NCBI GenBank assembly: GCA_963737155.1
Contig: CAVTRN010000001.1
Span: forward strand, 1,568,001 to 1,632,000
Source: Nitrospirota bacterium
Lineage (GTDB): Bacteria > Nitrospirota > UBA9217
Length of the DNA: 64,000 nt
Direction of reading: 5' to 3'
In this document: piece by piece, positions 27,885 through 40,494 of the stretch
Layout of the letters: every line of letters begins with the position of its first letter
Numbering within the stretch: the stretch's first letter is position 1
Program-made: the position numbers and the translations under genes
Notes under the pieces: model-generated
Database searches by the model: none
The model's input: the letters and a program-made list of their open reading frames with translations, nothing else
What the model was told of the DNA's origin: nothing

Positions 27885-29078
27885 TTATTCCTTGTCATCC
27901 GTCAGCGCCGCGAGGCCGGGTAACTCCTTGCCTTCTAACAGCTCCAGCGATGCGCCACCTCCGGTGGAGATGAAGGTAATGCTGTCTGAAACCCCGGCTT
28001 TATGCACGGCCACGTCCGTGTCGCCACCTCCCACGATGGTCGTCGCGTAGGCCTCCGCCACGGATCGCGCTATGGCGAAGGTTCCGCGGGAATAGGCGTC
28101 CTTTTCAAACATGCCCATCGGGCCGTTCCAGATGATGGTTTTAGCATCTTGGATCGCTTCCGAGAAGAGCCTGGTTGTGGCCGGTCCAATGTCAAGGCCG
28201 ACCCATCCCTTCGGAATCTCCTGGGATGTAACGATTTTGGATTCCGCCCCGTCATTCATGTTCTCCGCAGCGACAAAGTCAACGGGCAGGTAAAATTTAA
28301 CGCCTTTTTCGCGAACGCCTTTCCTGAGTCGCTGGGCCATCTCAAGCATTTCCGGTTCAACGAGCGAGGCGCCCACGTCCTGCCCGCGAGCCTTGATGAA
28401 CGTGAAAGCCATAGCGCCGCCCACGATGATCTTGTCGACCTTGTTCTGGAGGTTTTCGATCACGCCGATCTTGCCCGAGACCTTGGCTCCGCCCAGGATT
28501 GCGACAAAGGGACGAACGGGATTCGCAACAGTCTTCTGGAGATATTCGATTTCCTTCTTCATGAGGAAACCGGCTACTGATTGTTTCACGTGTTTTGTAA
28601 TGCCGTATGTGGAAGCATGGGAGCGGTGAGCGGTTCCAAAGGCGTCGTTCACGTACACATCGGTGAAGGCCGCGAGGGCTTTTGAGAATCCATCGTCGTT
28701 CTGCTCCTCTTCGACATGAAATCTCAGGTTCTCAAGGAGTAAGACATCGCCGGGACGCATCCCCGCGACGAGGTGCTCCACCTCAGGGCCGATGCAGTCT
28801 TTGGCAAATTTTACTTCCTTGCTGAGGAGACGATTTAGCCGCAGAGCCACGGGTGCCAGGCTGTACTTGGGACTCGGTTTGCCTTTAGGGCGTCCGAGGT
28901 GTGACGCAAGGATAACCTTTGCGCCTGCATCAAGGGCATAGTTAATCGTTGGGAGTGTGGAACGGATACGGCCGTCGTCGGTGATGTTTCCGTTCTCGTC
29001 AAGCGGCACGTTGAAGTCAGCGCGGATGAAAACCCGCTTGCCCTTGAGATCGACTTTTTCAATGGTCTTTTTGTCCAC
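27885..29078 (-). CDS. pgk: Phosphoglycerate kinase
   Basis: RADFNVP, LLENLRF and ISTGGGA motifs. Confidence 0.99.
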   Translation of the reverse strand: MDKKTIEKVDLKGKRVFIRADFNVPLDENGNITDDGRIRSTLPTINYALDAGAKVILASHLGRPKGKPSPKYSLAPVALRLNRLLSKEVKFAKDCIGPEVEHLVAGMRPGDVLLLENLRFHVEEEQNDDGFSKALAAFTDVYVNDAFGTAHRSHASTYGITKHVKQSVAGFLMKKEIEYLQKTVANPVRPFVAILGGAKVSGKIGVIENLQNKVDKIIVGGAMAFTFIKARGQDVGASLVEPEMLEMAQRLRKGVREKGVKFYLPVDFVAAENMNDGAESKIVTSQEIPKGWVGLDIGPATTRLFSEAIQDAKTIIWNGPMGMFEKDAYSRGTFAIARSVAEAYATTIVGGGDTDVAVHKAGVSDSITFISTGGGASLELLEGKELPGLAALTDDKE

Positions 29079-29138
29079 GCCGGCCCCCCCAAAAATTCGG
29101 TATAAACTGGTAAAAACGATCGCTTTTTTTGAACGGAA

Positions 29139-31555
<2,417 letters not shown>

Positions 31556-31607
31556 TGATAACGTCCTTGCCCTCATGCAAGCCTGAAATGCATCTGAAAA
31601 GACTTAT

Positions 31608-31706
31608 TTTATAGCACAGCGCTTGTTTTATTGTCAATATATTATATTTTCAAAATCTCGCAAGGGCAATAATGCCCTTGACCGGCCTCCGGTTTGTCAG
31701 TATAAT
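31608..31706. promoter_or_regulatory. Divergent sigma70 promoters with an inverted repeat between them
   Basis: Minus strand TTGACA-18-TATAAA (31637-31608); plus strand TTGACC-17-TATAAT (31678-31706); CAAGGGCA-N4-TGCCCTTG at 31661-31680. Confidence 0.7.
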
Positions 31707-31791
31707 ATAAATAAATCATTCTTGTTTACATGCAGGTCACCGCACAAATCGTCGACTACACTCCCTAAAAAAAGATAAGGTATGAAGATAT

Positions 31792-32346
31792 ATGCAAAAA
31801 ATGGGAAAGAGGTTGTCATTGGGAAGAAGTAAGGGGTACTTGCACGCTACAGGCCCCCAGTTTCGGTTCATCCTTTTTCTCATTGGCCTGCTGATATCCT
31901 ATACTATTTTGCTCCGTGTGTTTCAGAAGCTTGCCGAGATTGTGCAACTCCCTATCTTCCTGCCTATCTCGCTTATTGTACTTCTAATTTTCATTGGCAT
32001 TGGCGGTATCCTGTATTCCCACACCTTTGTCGGACCTGTAATCCGCATACGAAAAACTCTCGAGTGTATGGCAGAAGGCGATACGTGCATTTCTCTCCGT
32101 CTCCGGGATTCCGACGATCCCATGCTCAAGGACCTCGTAGAAGTCATTATGGTAGTGTGTGAAAACAACCGGGCTTCTCAATCGCTGATAGGGGACACGT
32201 CGCGGGAACTTTTTAGCGAGATCACTGCGCTTCAGAACAGCATTCATCGCGGTGCGGACAAGACGGAACTTCAAAAGCACTTTGATGAGATAAGCACAAA
32301 GCAGGGTATCCTGGAACAGGCTATCAAAACATTCGGGAAACCGTAG
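31792..32346 (+). CDS. Membrane protein with two TM segments and a HAMP-like region
   Basis: SHTFVGPVIRI...MAEGD...LRDSD pattern after the second TM segment. Confidence 0.7.
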   Translation: MQKMGKRLSLGRSKGYLHATGPQFRFILFLIGLLISYTILLRVFQKLAEIVQLPIFLPISLIVLLIFIGIGGILYSHTFVGPVIRIRKTLECMAEGDTCISLRLRDSDDPMLKDLVEVIMVVCENNRASQSLIGDTSRELFSEITALQNSIHRGADKTELQKHFDEISTKQGILEQAIKTFGKP

Positions 32347-32354
32347 GAGCGGCA

Positions 32355-32636
32355 ATGGCGGAAAGCGGCTTTAAAGGAAAAAGCATGAAAATGCTTGCCG
32401 AGGACGTCGCTGAGGGCTTCATCACGGTAAACCCGCTTTTTCTGAAAAAATTTGACAAGGATATGATCAAAAACCTTTTCGAGAACCTGAACAGGACGCT
32501 TACAGGCATCAGGAACGAGAAACTTGAATTTGGGAATCAATCGGCTTTGAGAATCCGGAACATGAAGCTCCAGCGTATGCACAATGCCGTGATTATCATC
32601 AGGAATATCGCACGGGAGAAACGAATCCCGTTATAG
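32355..32636 (+). CDS. Hypothetical protein (93 aa)
   Basis: AGGAG RBS, coupled to the upstream gene, helical composition. Confidence 0.75.
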   Translation: MAESGFKGKSMKMLAEDVAEGFITVNPLFLKKFDKDMIKNLFENLNRTLTGIRNEKLEFGNQSALRIRNMKLQRMHNAVIIIRNIAREKRIPL

Positions 32637-32646
32637 TCGCAGTAAT

Positions 32647-32685
32647 AAAAAAAAGTCCGAGGCGGTCACATTTCGTCTCGGATTC
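32647..32685. terminator. Terminator between convergent genes
   Basis: A-run followed by TCCGAGGCG..CGTCTCGGA hairpin. Confidence 0.55.
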
Positions 32686-32708
32686 AGCACGCGTGCCTCT
32701 CACAACAA

Positions 32709-33944
32709 TTATTCGACCGCAGCCGAATACCGTTTCACAAAATCCTCCGTTGTCATTTTCGCCGTCGTGGCAAGCTTCTTTAGCGTTTCTCCCTCCATAT
32801 CTTCCTTTTCCAGCCTGAGCATATAGCGCCGAGCCATGTGATAATCGTCGGAATTGATGTCTATAGTGCGTATTCTCGTCTTACCTGTCTTGGGGTCGAG
32901 AAGGTTCGCGAACTCGATCGGTAGACACACCCCGTCCTTGAGCATTATCATTGCTCCGGAGCCGCCCGAGACGAGAAATTTCACGGCGCTGTAACCGAGG
33001 TAGCGCGTATATTCCCGGTCGAAGGAAATGGGTGGATGACAGCGTAACTCGTAGCCGATGTCCTTGGCAATGACCGTGGTCTTGAGGCCCAGGGACTCGA
33101 GACCTGCCATCACCCGCTGCTTGAGTATGTCGCCCAACGGGATCTCCGCCAAGCGGATGTTTCCATGGTCGTCCTTGGGTGCATCCTTGAGAAAGGTCAG
33201 TTCCTCGGCATCGAACCGCGTTGCAACACCTTCGGCTATGACTGCGACCCCATGGTTTCTGCCGTATGAGAGACGCTTGATAATCGCTCCTTCGAGGATG
33301 GCAATGACCTTGTTCAGCGATATTTTGTTCCCGAGTTCTTCGGGGATGAGCGTGAGGGTAGCGCCAGCGCCCATACCCATGCCGAGCGCCAAATGACCGG
33401 CCGATCGGCCCATGGCGATCACGAAGTACCATCTGCTCGCAGTGCGGGCGTCCTCCATGAGGTTTTCAACGAGCTGGGTGCCGAGGGAACGTGCGGTTTC
33501 AAAACCGAAGGTTGGGACGCCATGTGGAAGCGGCAGATCGTTGTCTATGGTTTTAGGTACGTGGCAGACGGCGATCCGGCCCTGCGCTTCCTGCTCTACT
33601 CGAGTGGACGTATAAGCGGTGTCGTCGCCGCCTATGGTGACGAGGTATTTTACTCCGAGACTCGTCAGAGCCTTGATCACATTTCCCATCTTTTCAGGGC
33701 TCTTGGTTGGATTGTCGCGGGATGTTCCGATGATCGACCCCCCACGGAGATGAATGCGTGAAATTTCGCCATTATTCAGTATGGTGGTATGGGAGATGTC
33801 GCCCTTGGAAAGCCATTTGAATCCATCGTGGACACCGATGACTCCAAGGCCCTGCTTGACTGCCTCGAAGGTTACTGCGCTGATAACCCCGTTGATTCCC
33901 GGCGCTGGCCCACCGCCAACCACTACTGCAAGCTTGCCTTCCAT
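32709..33944 (-). CDS. pfp: Pyrophosphate-dependent phosphofructokinase
   Basis: GGGPAPG, GGDDT (Asp marks PPi use), PKTIDND, MGR and GYELR motifs. Confidence 0.92.
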   Translation of the reverse strand: MEGKLAVVVGGGPAPGINGVISAVTFEAVKQGLGVIGVHDGFKWLSKGDISHTTILNNGEISRIHLRGGSIIGTSRDNPTKSPEKMGNVIKALTSLGVKYLVTIGGDDTAYTSTRVEQEAQGRIAVCHVPKTIDNDLPLPHGVPTFGFETARSLGTQLVENLMEDARTASRWYFVIAMGRSAGHLALGMGMGAGATLTLIPEELGNKISLNKVIAILEGAIIKRLSYGRNHGVAVIAEGVATRFDAEELTFLKDAPKDDHGNIRLAEIPLGDILKQRVMAGLESLGLKTTVIAKDIGYELRCHPPISFDREYTRYLGYSAVKFLVSGGSGAMIMLKDGVCLPIEFANLLDPKTGKTRIRTIDINSDDYHMARRYMLRLEKEDMEGETLKKLATTAKMTTEDFVKRYSAAVE

Positions 33945-34190
33945 AGCTGCCTCCTGCTAGATTGAGACTTTCCTGACCGCGATACAGGCGTGATATTCAC
34001 GCATCACGCAAATGTAGCAAATCGTGACATGCTTGTCAATACGAAAGGCCTCACCAGCCTCACCAGAAGATCGCAAAATAACCATACATTTTGCTCTTTC
34101 GGAATGGGGCTCGCTACGGCCCGTTCCGAGATAAAAAATTTTCATCATGTACTTCTATGTTATAATTATCATAAAGGAGAAAACCTATAA

Positions 34191-34430
34191 TTTATTCGAT
34201 ATGTCGTATCGACCAAACCGGTAAGAGTCACCCATTCTGAAGAAGAAATCGAAAAAATTGAGAAGAAGCCCTTTTCGGTCCCCGACGGTGGTGGGGTCGC
34301 AAAGTGTCGGCTTCACTATGAATTAAAGAAGTCCAGCGTAAGCGGCAAGGGCCGACTGGAAACCAGAGCTTTTTTTGAGAATGTCTTAATCGAACTCAGC
34401 GAAAAAGATAAGGCTGGCATCCCCCTGTGA
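34191..34430 (+). pseudogene. Possible small gene with lost start
   Basis: Open frame FIRYVVSTKPVRVTHSEEEIEK...AFFENVLIELSEKDKAGIPL* just after an AAAGGAG RBS, with no in-frame start at the RBS. Confidence 0.3.
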
Positions 34431-34458
34431 GATGTCGATGGGTCTGCACATACTTGAA

Positions 34459-34586
34459 CTTGCAATTGCCAGTCGCTTGCTACACGGTCACCGCATAGAG
34501 GGGAGAGTTTGAGAAATCGCAGGTTTTCAAAAGATTATCGTCCTCTTTTCTATAGATACCCCGCAGCTTGCTGCGGGGAGGTTCAT
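34459..34586 (+). mobile_element. Palindromic mini-element family B, left hairpin degraded
   Basis: Aligns with 48738-48857 (GGTCACC..ATAGAGGG.AGAGT..GAGAAA.CG.AGGTTT); right hairpin CCCCGCAGCTTGCTGCGGGG; preceded by TGAA and ends TCAT. Confidence 0.75.
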
Positions 34587-34636
34587 TCTGGGCTGTACAG
34601 TCGCCGCATTTAAATGAGCCGTTACGACCGATAAAC

Positions 34637-35845
34637 ATGGCAATAGACAAGACTATATTCGGCCTTCGCTTCGGAGCGGATGATGTACTCTGCCCCTCAC
34701 AGGAGGATCTCAGGGTTTTTCTTGAGAGCCCGAAAGAGGAGAAGAGCATGGAGCTGAATGGCGAAGATCTGACGGTATATAACGAGATGCTGGCAAGCGT
34801 TAAAGCGTTCGGTCAGTATGATGCACGCGGCACTGTTGCTGAAAGGCTCCAACGGAAGCTGTTCTTCGGTGCCCTGGAGCATGTTTCTTTTTTCAACCCG
34901 GCGTTCAAATCGGTGATCGCACAGTACAAATATCACCTCTATGCACTTAAAGCGATTGACTTTAAGAAACCGAAGGGATTCATCAAGTCTGCTGAGGAAG
35001 AGATCAGGAGGCTCAATCCGAAAAAAAAAGATGAAGCGACAAGACGAGCCAGACTGCAGGTAATGGTAGAGGAACGGAAAAACACGCTTGAGGTGCTCGA
35101 GAAACGCTGGGTGGCATTGGCAAAAGAGCTGAATAACATCGCACTCTATGTCATGGAAAATCTGGCAAAGATAGAGAAGCTCTCGGGGATATCGGTCAGC
35201 ATACTCGAGGATCCTCAATTGGCCATAAGCGAGGACAGACGTATTATCGACGAAATAAAGGCTCAGTTCAAGGAGATTCTGAAGGATTTCCTGCCTCGGC
35301 ACCAGGTTGCCAAGCACGACCTCGAAGACGCAAAAAGAGTGGTTGGCATCCTCTCCAGAGAAATATCGGAATTCGTTAGGGATGATTTGAAAGCGCTGAC
35401 CGAGCTGTACAAATCCATTTACAGCCACGCTCGTAATCCTGTCCACGCTCTCGACAAATTAACGATGAAGACCGAGGATAATGAGGATAAAAGCCTTGAG
35501 GATTACCGCAAACTCTTCGTGCAAATCGAAGGAGTGTTAGTCTCGGTCGTTTCAGAGTATAGTTTTGAGATCAAAATAAAGGAATCTTACAGCGAAACAG
35601 TGTACCGGGATATCCTTGACGAAAAAAGAAAAGAAATGATCGATCGTGTCCTGGAACTGCTGTTCAAAGAGAACAGGCTATGGGATGATCGAAGATATGC
35701 AGAGAGAAGAAAAATTAGGGACCCCGGTTACAAGGGTCCCGAGCGGAGAAATGGGCAAGACAGAAGAGCGGGAAAAAGACGAGGCGGAGGGTTGGGCTGC
35801 ATGAGACGACCGCATATAAGTGATCCGTTTCGACCGTTATCATGA
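34637..35845 (+). CDS. Hypothetical coiled-coil protein with C-terminal DRR/ERR repeats
   Basis: Long helical ORF; tail WDDRRYAERRK..PERRNGQDRRAGKRR; start MAIDK supported by the paralogous start at 35842. Confidence 0.8.
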   Translation: MAIDKTIFGLRFGADDVLCPSQEDLRVFLESPKEEKSMELNGEDLTVYNEMLASVKAFGQYDARGTVAERLQRKLFFGALEHVSFFNPAFKSVIAQYKYHLYALKAIDFKKPKGFIKSAEEEIRRLNPKKKDEATRRARLQVMVEERKNTLEVLEKRWVALAKELNNIALYVMENLAKIEKLSGISVSILEDPQLAISEDRRIIDEIKAQFKEILKDFLPRHQVAKHDLEDAKRVVGILSREISEFVRDDLKALTELYKSIYSHARNPVHALDKLTMKTEDNEDKSLEDYRKLFVQIEGVLVSVVSEYSFEIKIKESYSETVYRDILDEKRKEMIDRVLELLFKENRLWDDRRYAERRKIRDPGYKGPERRNGQDRRAGKRRGGGLGCMRRPHISDPFRPLS

Positions 35846-36012
35846 CGATAGACAAGATGATATTCGGCTTTCGTTTCGCAACGAACGATGAACTCTTCCC
35901 GAATCAGGACGATCTCAGGATTTTTTTCGAGAGTCCGAAAGATGAGAATGGCATGGCGCTGCTCGGCGAAGATCTGACGGTGAATGGCGGAATGCTCGAT
36001 ATTCCGCAATAA
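35842..36012 (+). pseudogene. Truncated tandem paralog of the 34637 gene (56 aa)
   Basis: MTIDKMIFGFRFATNDELFPNQDDLRIFFESPKDENGMALLGEDLTV aligns with MAIDKTIFGLRFGADDVLCPSQEDLRVFLESPKEEKSMELNGEDLTV; about 35 nt of upstream DNA is also duplicated. Confidence 0.8.
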
Positions 36013-36131
36013 AACGCAAGGGCAAAATTCGATTGACACGCTGTCTGCAACACGCTATTATTTTAATTGTTCATGGACTGTGAACCGGATTCTTCGGGAT
36101 CATTCCACGAACGATTACAAAGGAGATAAGC

Positions 36132-36608
36132 ATGCATAAGTATTCGATCGATGAAATCATGGAAATGGCGATTCAGACGGAGATTCTCGGTTATCAGTTC
36201 TACACCGGAATGGCGGAGAAATTTAAGATAGACGACCGGTTGGTCAAGCTCTTCAGCATGCTGGCGACCAAGGAAAAGACGCATGAAAAGATCTTCAAGG
36301 GGCTGAAGGAGTCGGTGGCAAAGACCGGCATAGAGCCGGTGCAGTGGGAAGAGGTCAGCAACTACATGCGGGCCTTTGTGGAATCGGAGTTTTTCCTCGG
36401 CACAGCCAAAGCCCTCCCGTCTATGGACCACATCAAGACCGTGCAGGATGCGGTGAAATTCGCGATCGGGTTCGAGAAGGAGACGCTTCTCTACTTTATG
36501 GAGCTGAAGGCCATTGTGAAAGAGAAAGGGGCTGTCGAGGAAGTCATCAACGAGGAAAAAAGCCATATAACGTGGCTTGATACATTTAAGAGGGGCCTTG
36601 CCAGGTAA
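36132..36608 (+). CDS. Ferritin-like / rubrerythrin-family protein
   Basis: E..GYQFY, EKTH, EKETLLYF and EEKSH motifs; AAGGAG RBS. Confidence 0.87.
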   Translation: MHKYSIDEIMEMAIQTEILGYQFYTGMAEKFKIDDRLVKLFSMLATKEKTHEKIFKGLKESVAKTGIEPVQWEEVSNYMRAFVESEFFLGTAKALPSMDHIKTVQDAVKFAIGFEKETLLYFMELKAIVKEKGAVEEVINEEKSHITWLDTFKRGLAR

Positions 36609-36699
36609 GCGCAGACGCTTCGAAAACGGGCATAGAAAATGCGCGATGCATGAATGACGAACGAAGACTTCCCACATCGTGCATCGCTATTTCAACCAG

Positions 36700-37431
36700 T
36701 CACTCCTCAAGCATTTCGCCCACTGTCACGAGAGTAAATCCTTTTTCGCGCAAACCCTTGATGATTGCCGGCAAAGCCTCTGCCGTGTGTATGCCTTTTT
36801 TGTTTACATGAAAGACGATGATACTCCCTCCTTTTGCATTCCGAAGCACGCTCCGCACGATCCGCTCCGTTGAAAGGCCCGGATCGGGGTCGCCCGATGC
36901 GATGTCATATTGTATCGTCACAAGCCCAGCCTCTTTTGCAAGTTTTGCTATCCGTTCATCAACCTCGCCGTAAGGCGGCCGGAAATAACGGGGTGTCTTG
37001 CCCGTGACTTTTTTAATGATTAATTGTGTACTCTTCATTTCTCGGAGCACCCGTGCGTCATCTTTCTCAAGCAGGTGGGGGTGCCAGTAGCTGTGGGCCG
37101 CAATCTCGAATTCCTCATGGTCCGCCAGGTACTTTGTTTTCTCCGGATTTTTCTCTACCCATCGTCCGCTTAGGAAGAACGTGGCGGGAGTTTTCTCACG
37201 CAGAAGGACTTCGACGACCTTTCCGTCATATTCATCAGGCAAGCTCGTAGGACATGCATCGAATGTTAGCGCAATCCGCTTGTCCCTTTTGCCGTGTTCG
37301 ATGATTAGACTTTCCCGTGCGGCATGCACCAGCGCCGGTAATCCCAGAAGATAAATAACAGCGGTAACGAGAAAAACGGGGACGATCAGGCGCTTACGGG
37401 CGTTTGCTGCGGTTAAAAGGTGCATCAGCAT
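36700..37431 (-). CDS. Polysaccharide deacetylase (NodB family), exported
   Basis: IALTFD, ATFF, HSYWH, FRPPYG and IIVFH motifs; signal peptide. Confidence 0.9.
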   Translation of the reverse strand: MLMHLLTAANARKRLIVPVFLVTAVIYLLGLPALVHAARESLIIEHGKRDKRIALTFDACPTSLPDEYDGKVVEVLLREKTPATFFLSGRWVEKNPEKTKYLADHEEFEIAAHSYWHPHLLEKDDARVLREMKSTQLIIKKVTGKTPRYFRPPYGEVDERIAKLAKEAGLVTIQYDIASGDPDPGLSTERIVRSVLRNAKGGSIIVFHVNKKGIHTAEALPAIIKGLREKGFTLVTVGEMLEE

Positions 37432-37482
37432 ATTGTATCCTCGATTCCGTATTTTTCAGCTTCTCAATTGCATCCGACGCCG

Positions 37483-39474
37483 TTAAACTCGGATGGGTAG
37501 GATGACGACAGGAATTCCCTGATTATAGAATCTTCTCTGTACAGCGAAAATCGTATAGTTGTGGAATAAGCCCGAAAGTACGTTGGTCCTGGGGAATACC
37601 AACTGGCCGCCGAAGAAGACGGCATTCGGGAAGCGTTCAAGAATCTGCGGGGTGAGGCTGGCGATTTCATCAACAACATCATTGCCGAACGAGGCATAGG
37701 AGGCGGAATAATATCCGTGACACCGCATATAGTGCACGTAGCGGTCCAGCTCTTTTTTAACGTCGTTTTTCATATGAGACACTTCTTCGGCGCCCTTGAA
37801 ATTTCCGGCATCCACAACGCCGATCTGGATGAAAACGAAATTCTTAAAGGTTCCTCCAAAGAGACGTATGATGCTGAAGAGCGTATGAAGTCCCAGTCCG
37901 TTAAAGCCGTTGACGAGCAGGATCGCAGTCTTGTCCTGGGGATCGTACTTTATCTTAAGGTCCTTTTCCGCGTCGCCGGGCAGCGAGGGGCAGGAAGTTT
38001 CCGCCGCCTTCACCAGTTCATCAAGCCGCTTGAGGATGTGGAAGGTGTTTTGATAGTGGCGCCGTGTTAGTAGCGCGATGCCGATCAGCGACCCCGTCAA
38101 GATCAGGGTGATCCATCCTCCCTCATGGAATTTGATGATAGTCACAGTGACGAGGATGAAGAAGGTGAGCGTCATGCCCAAGCCGTTGATGAACAGTTTC
38201 TTTTCCCAGTGGTCCTCCTGTTCGCGAACCTGCCACCAATGGCGCACCATGCCGAGCTGGGACAGGAAGAAGGTGATGAATACATTGATACTGTACAGGA
38301 CGACGAGGTACGTTACCGAACCGCCCGTGAGCAGCATGGTAGTGAGCGCCGCCCCACCCATCATCATGATGCCTTTCTGTGTCACCAGTCGATCACTCAG
38401 CATGGCAAATTTGGACGGGAACCAGCGATCGAGCGCCATGTTCGCCAATACCCGCGGTCCGTCGAGAAAACCCGTCTGTGCTGCGATGAACAGAAGTGCG
38501 GTCTCGGACAAGAGTGTAAAAAGAACGAACACGGTTCCTGACTGGCCCCAGTTTCTGGTCATGGTCTCGAACAACACCGCGTTTAGCGTTTTCCCGGACT
38601 GGGGAACGACGTGATAGAGCAGGTAGGCCATCATCAGCCCCATGACGACCAGTGAAAGAGATATGGCCATGTAGCGCATGGTGCGCTTGCCGGTCTGCAC
38701 CTTTGGTTCCCGCAGAATCGGCAGACCGTTGCTTACGGCCTCGATCCCAGTATACGTGCCGGCCCCCAAGCTGTAGGCGCGTAGAATGAGTACAGCCATG
38801 CCGGCGAATCCGAGTTCCGCCTGTGTCCTCATTACATCGGCCTTCGTTGCCGCGGCCACCTGGCCGAAGCTCCCGAGGTTCGCGAAAATCGCATAACCGA
38901 TGATGAAGGCGTGGGTGATCACAAAGGTTAAAAATATAGGGACGAGGGGAAGGACGGATTCCTCCCCGCGCATGTTCATGATAGTGAGGAGCAGAACGCC
39001 TGCGAACGCAAAGGGGAGTTTGTAATGGAGCCATGCAGGAGGCAGAAAACTGAACAAAGCATCGGCGCCGCTGGCTACGGAAATCGTGATGGTGAGAACA
39101 TAATCGATCAGGAGAGCTGAACCGGAGACCATGCCGGCTGTAGGAGAGAGCAGTTTGCTCGCCACCAGATAACCGCCGCCTCCCGACGGAAAAAGCTCGA
39201 TGATCTGTGAGTAACTTGTCGCAATGATGAACACTGTAAGGCCCGTCATGATCGCAACGAAGACGCTGAGATACATATGGCCGTGGACCGCGTTAAATGC
39301 CTCCTCAGGGCCGTAGCAGGATGATGACAACCCGTCGGCACCCAGCCCGACCCAGGCAAAGAAGGCTATGAGTGAGAGCTTGTGAAACAGCGAGCGGTCA
39401 TCGATATTATGTTTGCCACCAATGATAACGGTTTTTAAACGTTGCAAGAGGGAAAGTTTCGGTGTTCGTTCCAT
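37483..39474 (-). CDS. APC-superfamily permease, KimA/YdaO-like putative K+ transporter
   Basis: GADGLSSSCYGPEE, PSGGGGY, LIDYVLT and TGIEAVSNG motifs; ~12 TM segments plus a cytoplasmic C-terminal domain; downstream of kdpE. Confidence 0.8.
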   Translation of the reverse strand: MERTPKLSLLQRLKTVIIGGKHNIDDRSLFHKLSLIAFFAWVGLGADGLSSSCYGPEEAFNAVHGHMYLSVFVAIMTGLTVFIIATSYSQIIELFPSGGGGYLVASKLLSPTAGMVSGSALLIDYVLTITISVASGADALFSFLPPAWLHYKLPFAFAGVLLLTIMNMRGEESVLPLVPIFLTFVITHAFIIGYAIFANLGSFGQVAAATKADVMRTQAELGFAGMAVLILRAYSLGAGTYTGIEAVSNGLPILREPKVQTGKRTMRYMAISLSLVVMGLMMAYLLYHVVPQSGKTLNAVLFETMTRNWGQSGTVFVLFTLLSETALLFIAAQTGFLDGPRVLANMALDRWFPSKFAMLSDRLVTQKGIMMMGGAALTTMLLTGGSVTYLVVLYSINVFITFFLSQLGMVRHWWQVREQEDHWEKKLFINGLGMTLTFFILVTVTIIKFHEGGWITLILTGSLIGIALLTRRHYQNTFHILKRLDELVKAAETSCPSLPGDAEKDLKIKYDPQDKTAILLVNGFNGLGLHTLFSIIRLFGGTFKNFVFIQIGVVDAGNFKGAEEVSHMKNDVKKELDRYVHYMRCHGYYSASYASFGNDVVDEIASLTPQILERFPNAVFFGGQLVFPRTNVLSGLFHNYTIFAVQRRFYNQGIPVVILPIRV

Positions 39475-39725
39475 GAAATAATACTCCGTCCTTTTCAAAG
39501 TCGCGATTCATGCGGCATCTAAAATGTGTGTACCGCGGACAATTGTCAAGTGTGAAGCAAGGTCAATACCATTATGAGGCATAGGGCAGCCGAAGATGAA
39601 AGCATTGATTCTCTTTCAAAACATTTACGCGACTTTTCCAGCTCGGGTTGAAGAAATAATGCAACATCGATGCTTTTTTTGTGCACTTGCCCAGGAAGTG
39701 CGCAGCTTTGAGCTTAACCGACGGC

Positions 39726-40433
39726 TTAATCCTGGGGGTCGTATTTTAGTCGGTATCCGATTCCCGGCTCGTTCATCAAGAATCGGGGTCTTGCCGGATC
39801 AGCCTCCAGTTTGTGTCTGAGCTGGGTCATATAGACGCGCAGATACTGAATTTCATTGACGTGCGCGGGCCCCCATACTTCCTTCAGGAGTTGATTATGT
39901 GTAATCACCTTGCCGGCATAGCGAACCATGACTATGAGCAGCTTGTATTCAATCGGAGTCAGGTGAACTTCTTGTTCTCCGACGAATACCTGGCGTCTGG
40001 CTAGGTCCACGCGCAAATTATCGAGAATGAAGATTTGATCCTGCTGGTCTGTGTTGCGTCGCGCCGCATGTCTCAGGGCTACGCGGATGCGAGCCAGGAG
40101 TTCTCCAGCGTTAAATGGCTTAGTAAGATAATCGTCGGCGCCGGCATCGAGAGCACGGATTTTATCCTGCTCCTGCTCCCGTGCGGAAATAATGATGATC
40201 GGTGTCTGCGTCCATTCGCGCAGACGCTTTGTGACATCGATGCCGTCGAGATCGGGCAGGCCCAGATCAAGCAAGAGTACATCGGGATTTCGCATAGCTG
40301 CCTGCTTCAAACCGTCGTTGCCCGTCTCCGACTCGACCAGGCGGTAGCCCTGGCTCTGCAGCGTTATCCGCAGAAATCGCCGCATCTGCGGCTCGTCTTC
40401 GATGAGTAATATGAGTTCCTTGTCTTCATTCAT
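39726..40433 (-). CDS. kdpE: Response regulator KdpE
   Basis: Receiver (LLDLGLPD) plus OmpR-type HTH (YLRVYMTQLRHKLEADPARP); start at MNEDK. Confidence 0.95.
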   Translation of the reverse strand: MNEDKELILLIEDEPQMRRFLRITLQSQGYRLVESETGNDGLKQAAMRNPDVLLLDLGLPDLDGIDVTKRLREWTQTPIIIISAREQEQDKIRALDAGADDYLTKPFNAGELLARIRVALRHAARRNTDQQDQIFILDNLRVDLARRQVFVGEQEVHLTPIEYKLLIVMVRYAGKVITHNQLLKEVWGPAHVNEIQYLRVYMTQLRHKLEADPARPRFLMNEPGIGYRLKYDPQD

Positions 40434-40494
40434 GGCATGTTTGAAAAAATGTTCAAGCCGTTGATACAGTTTCACGGCTGAACCGTTTGAACTG

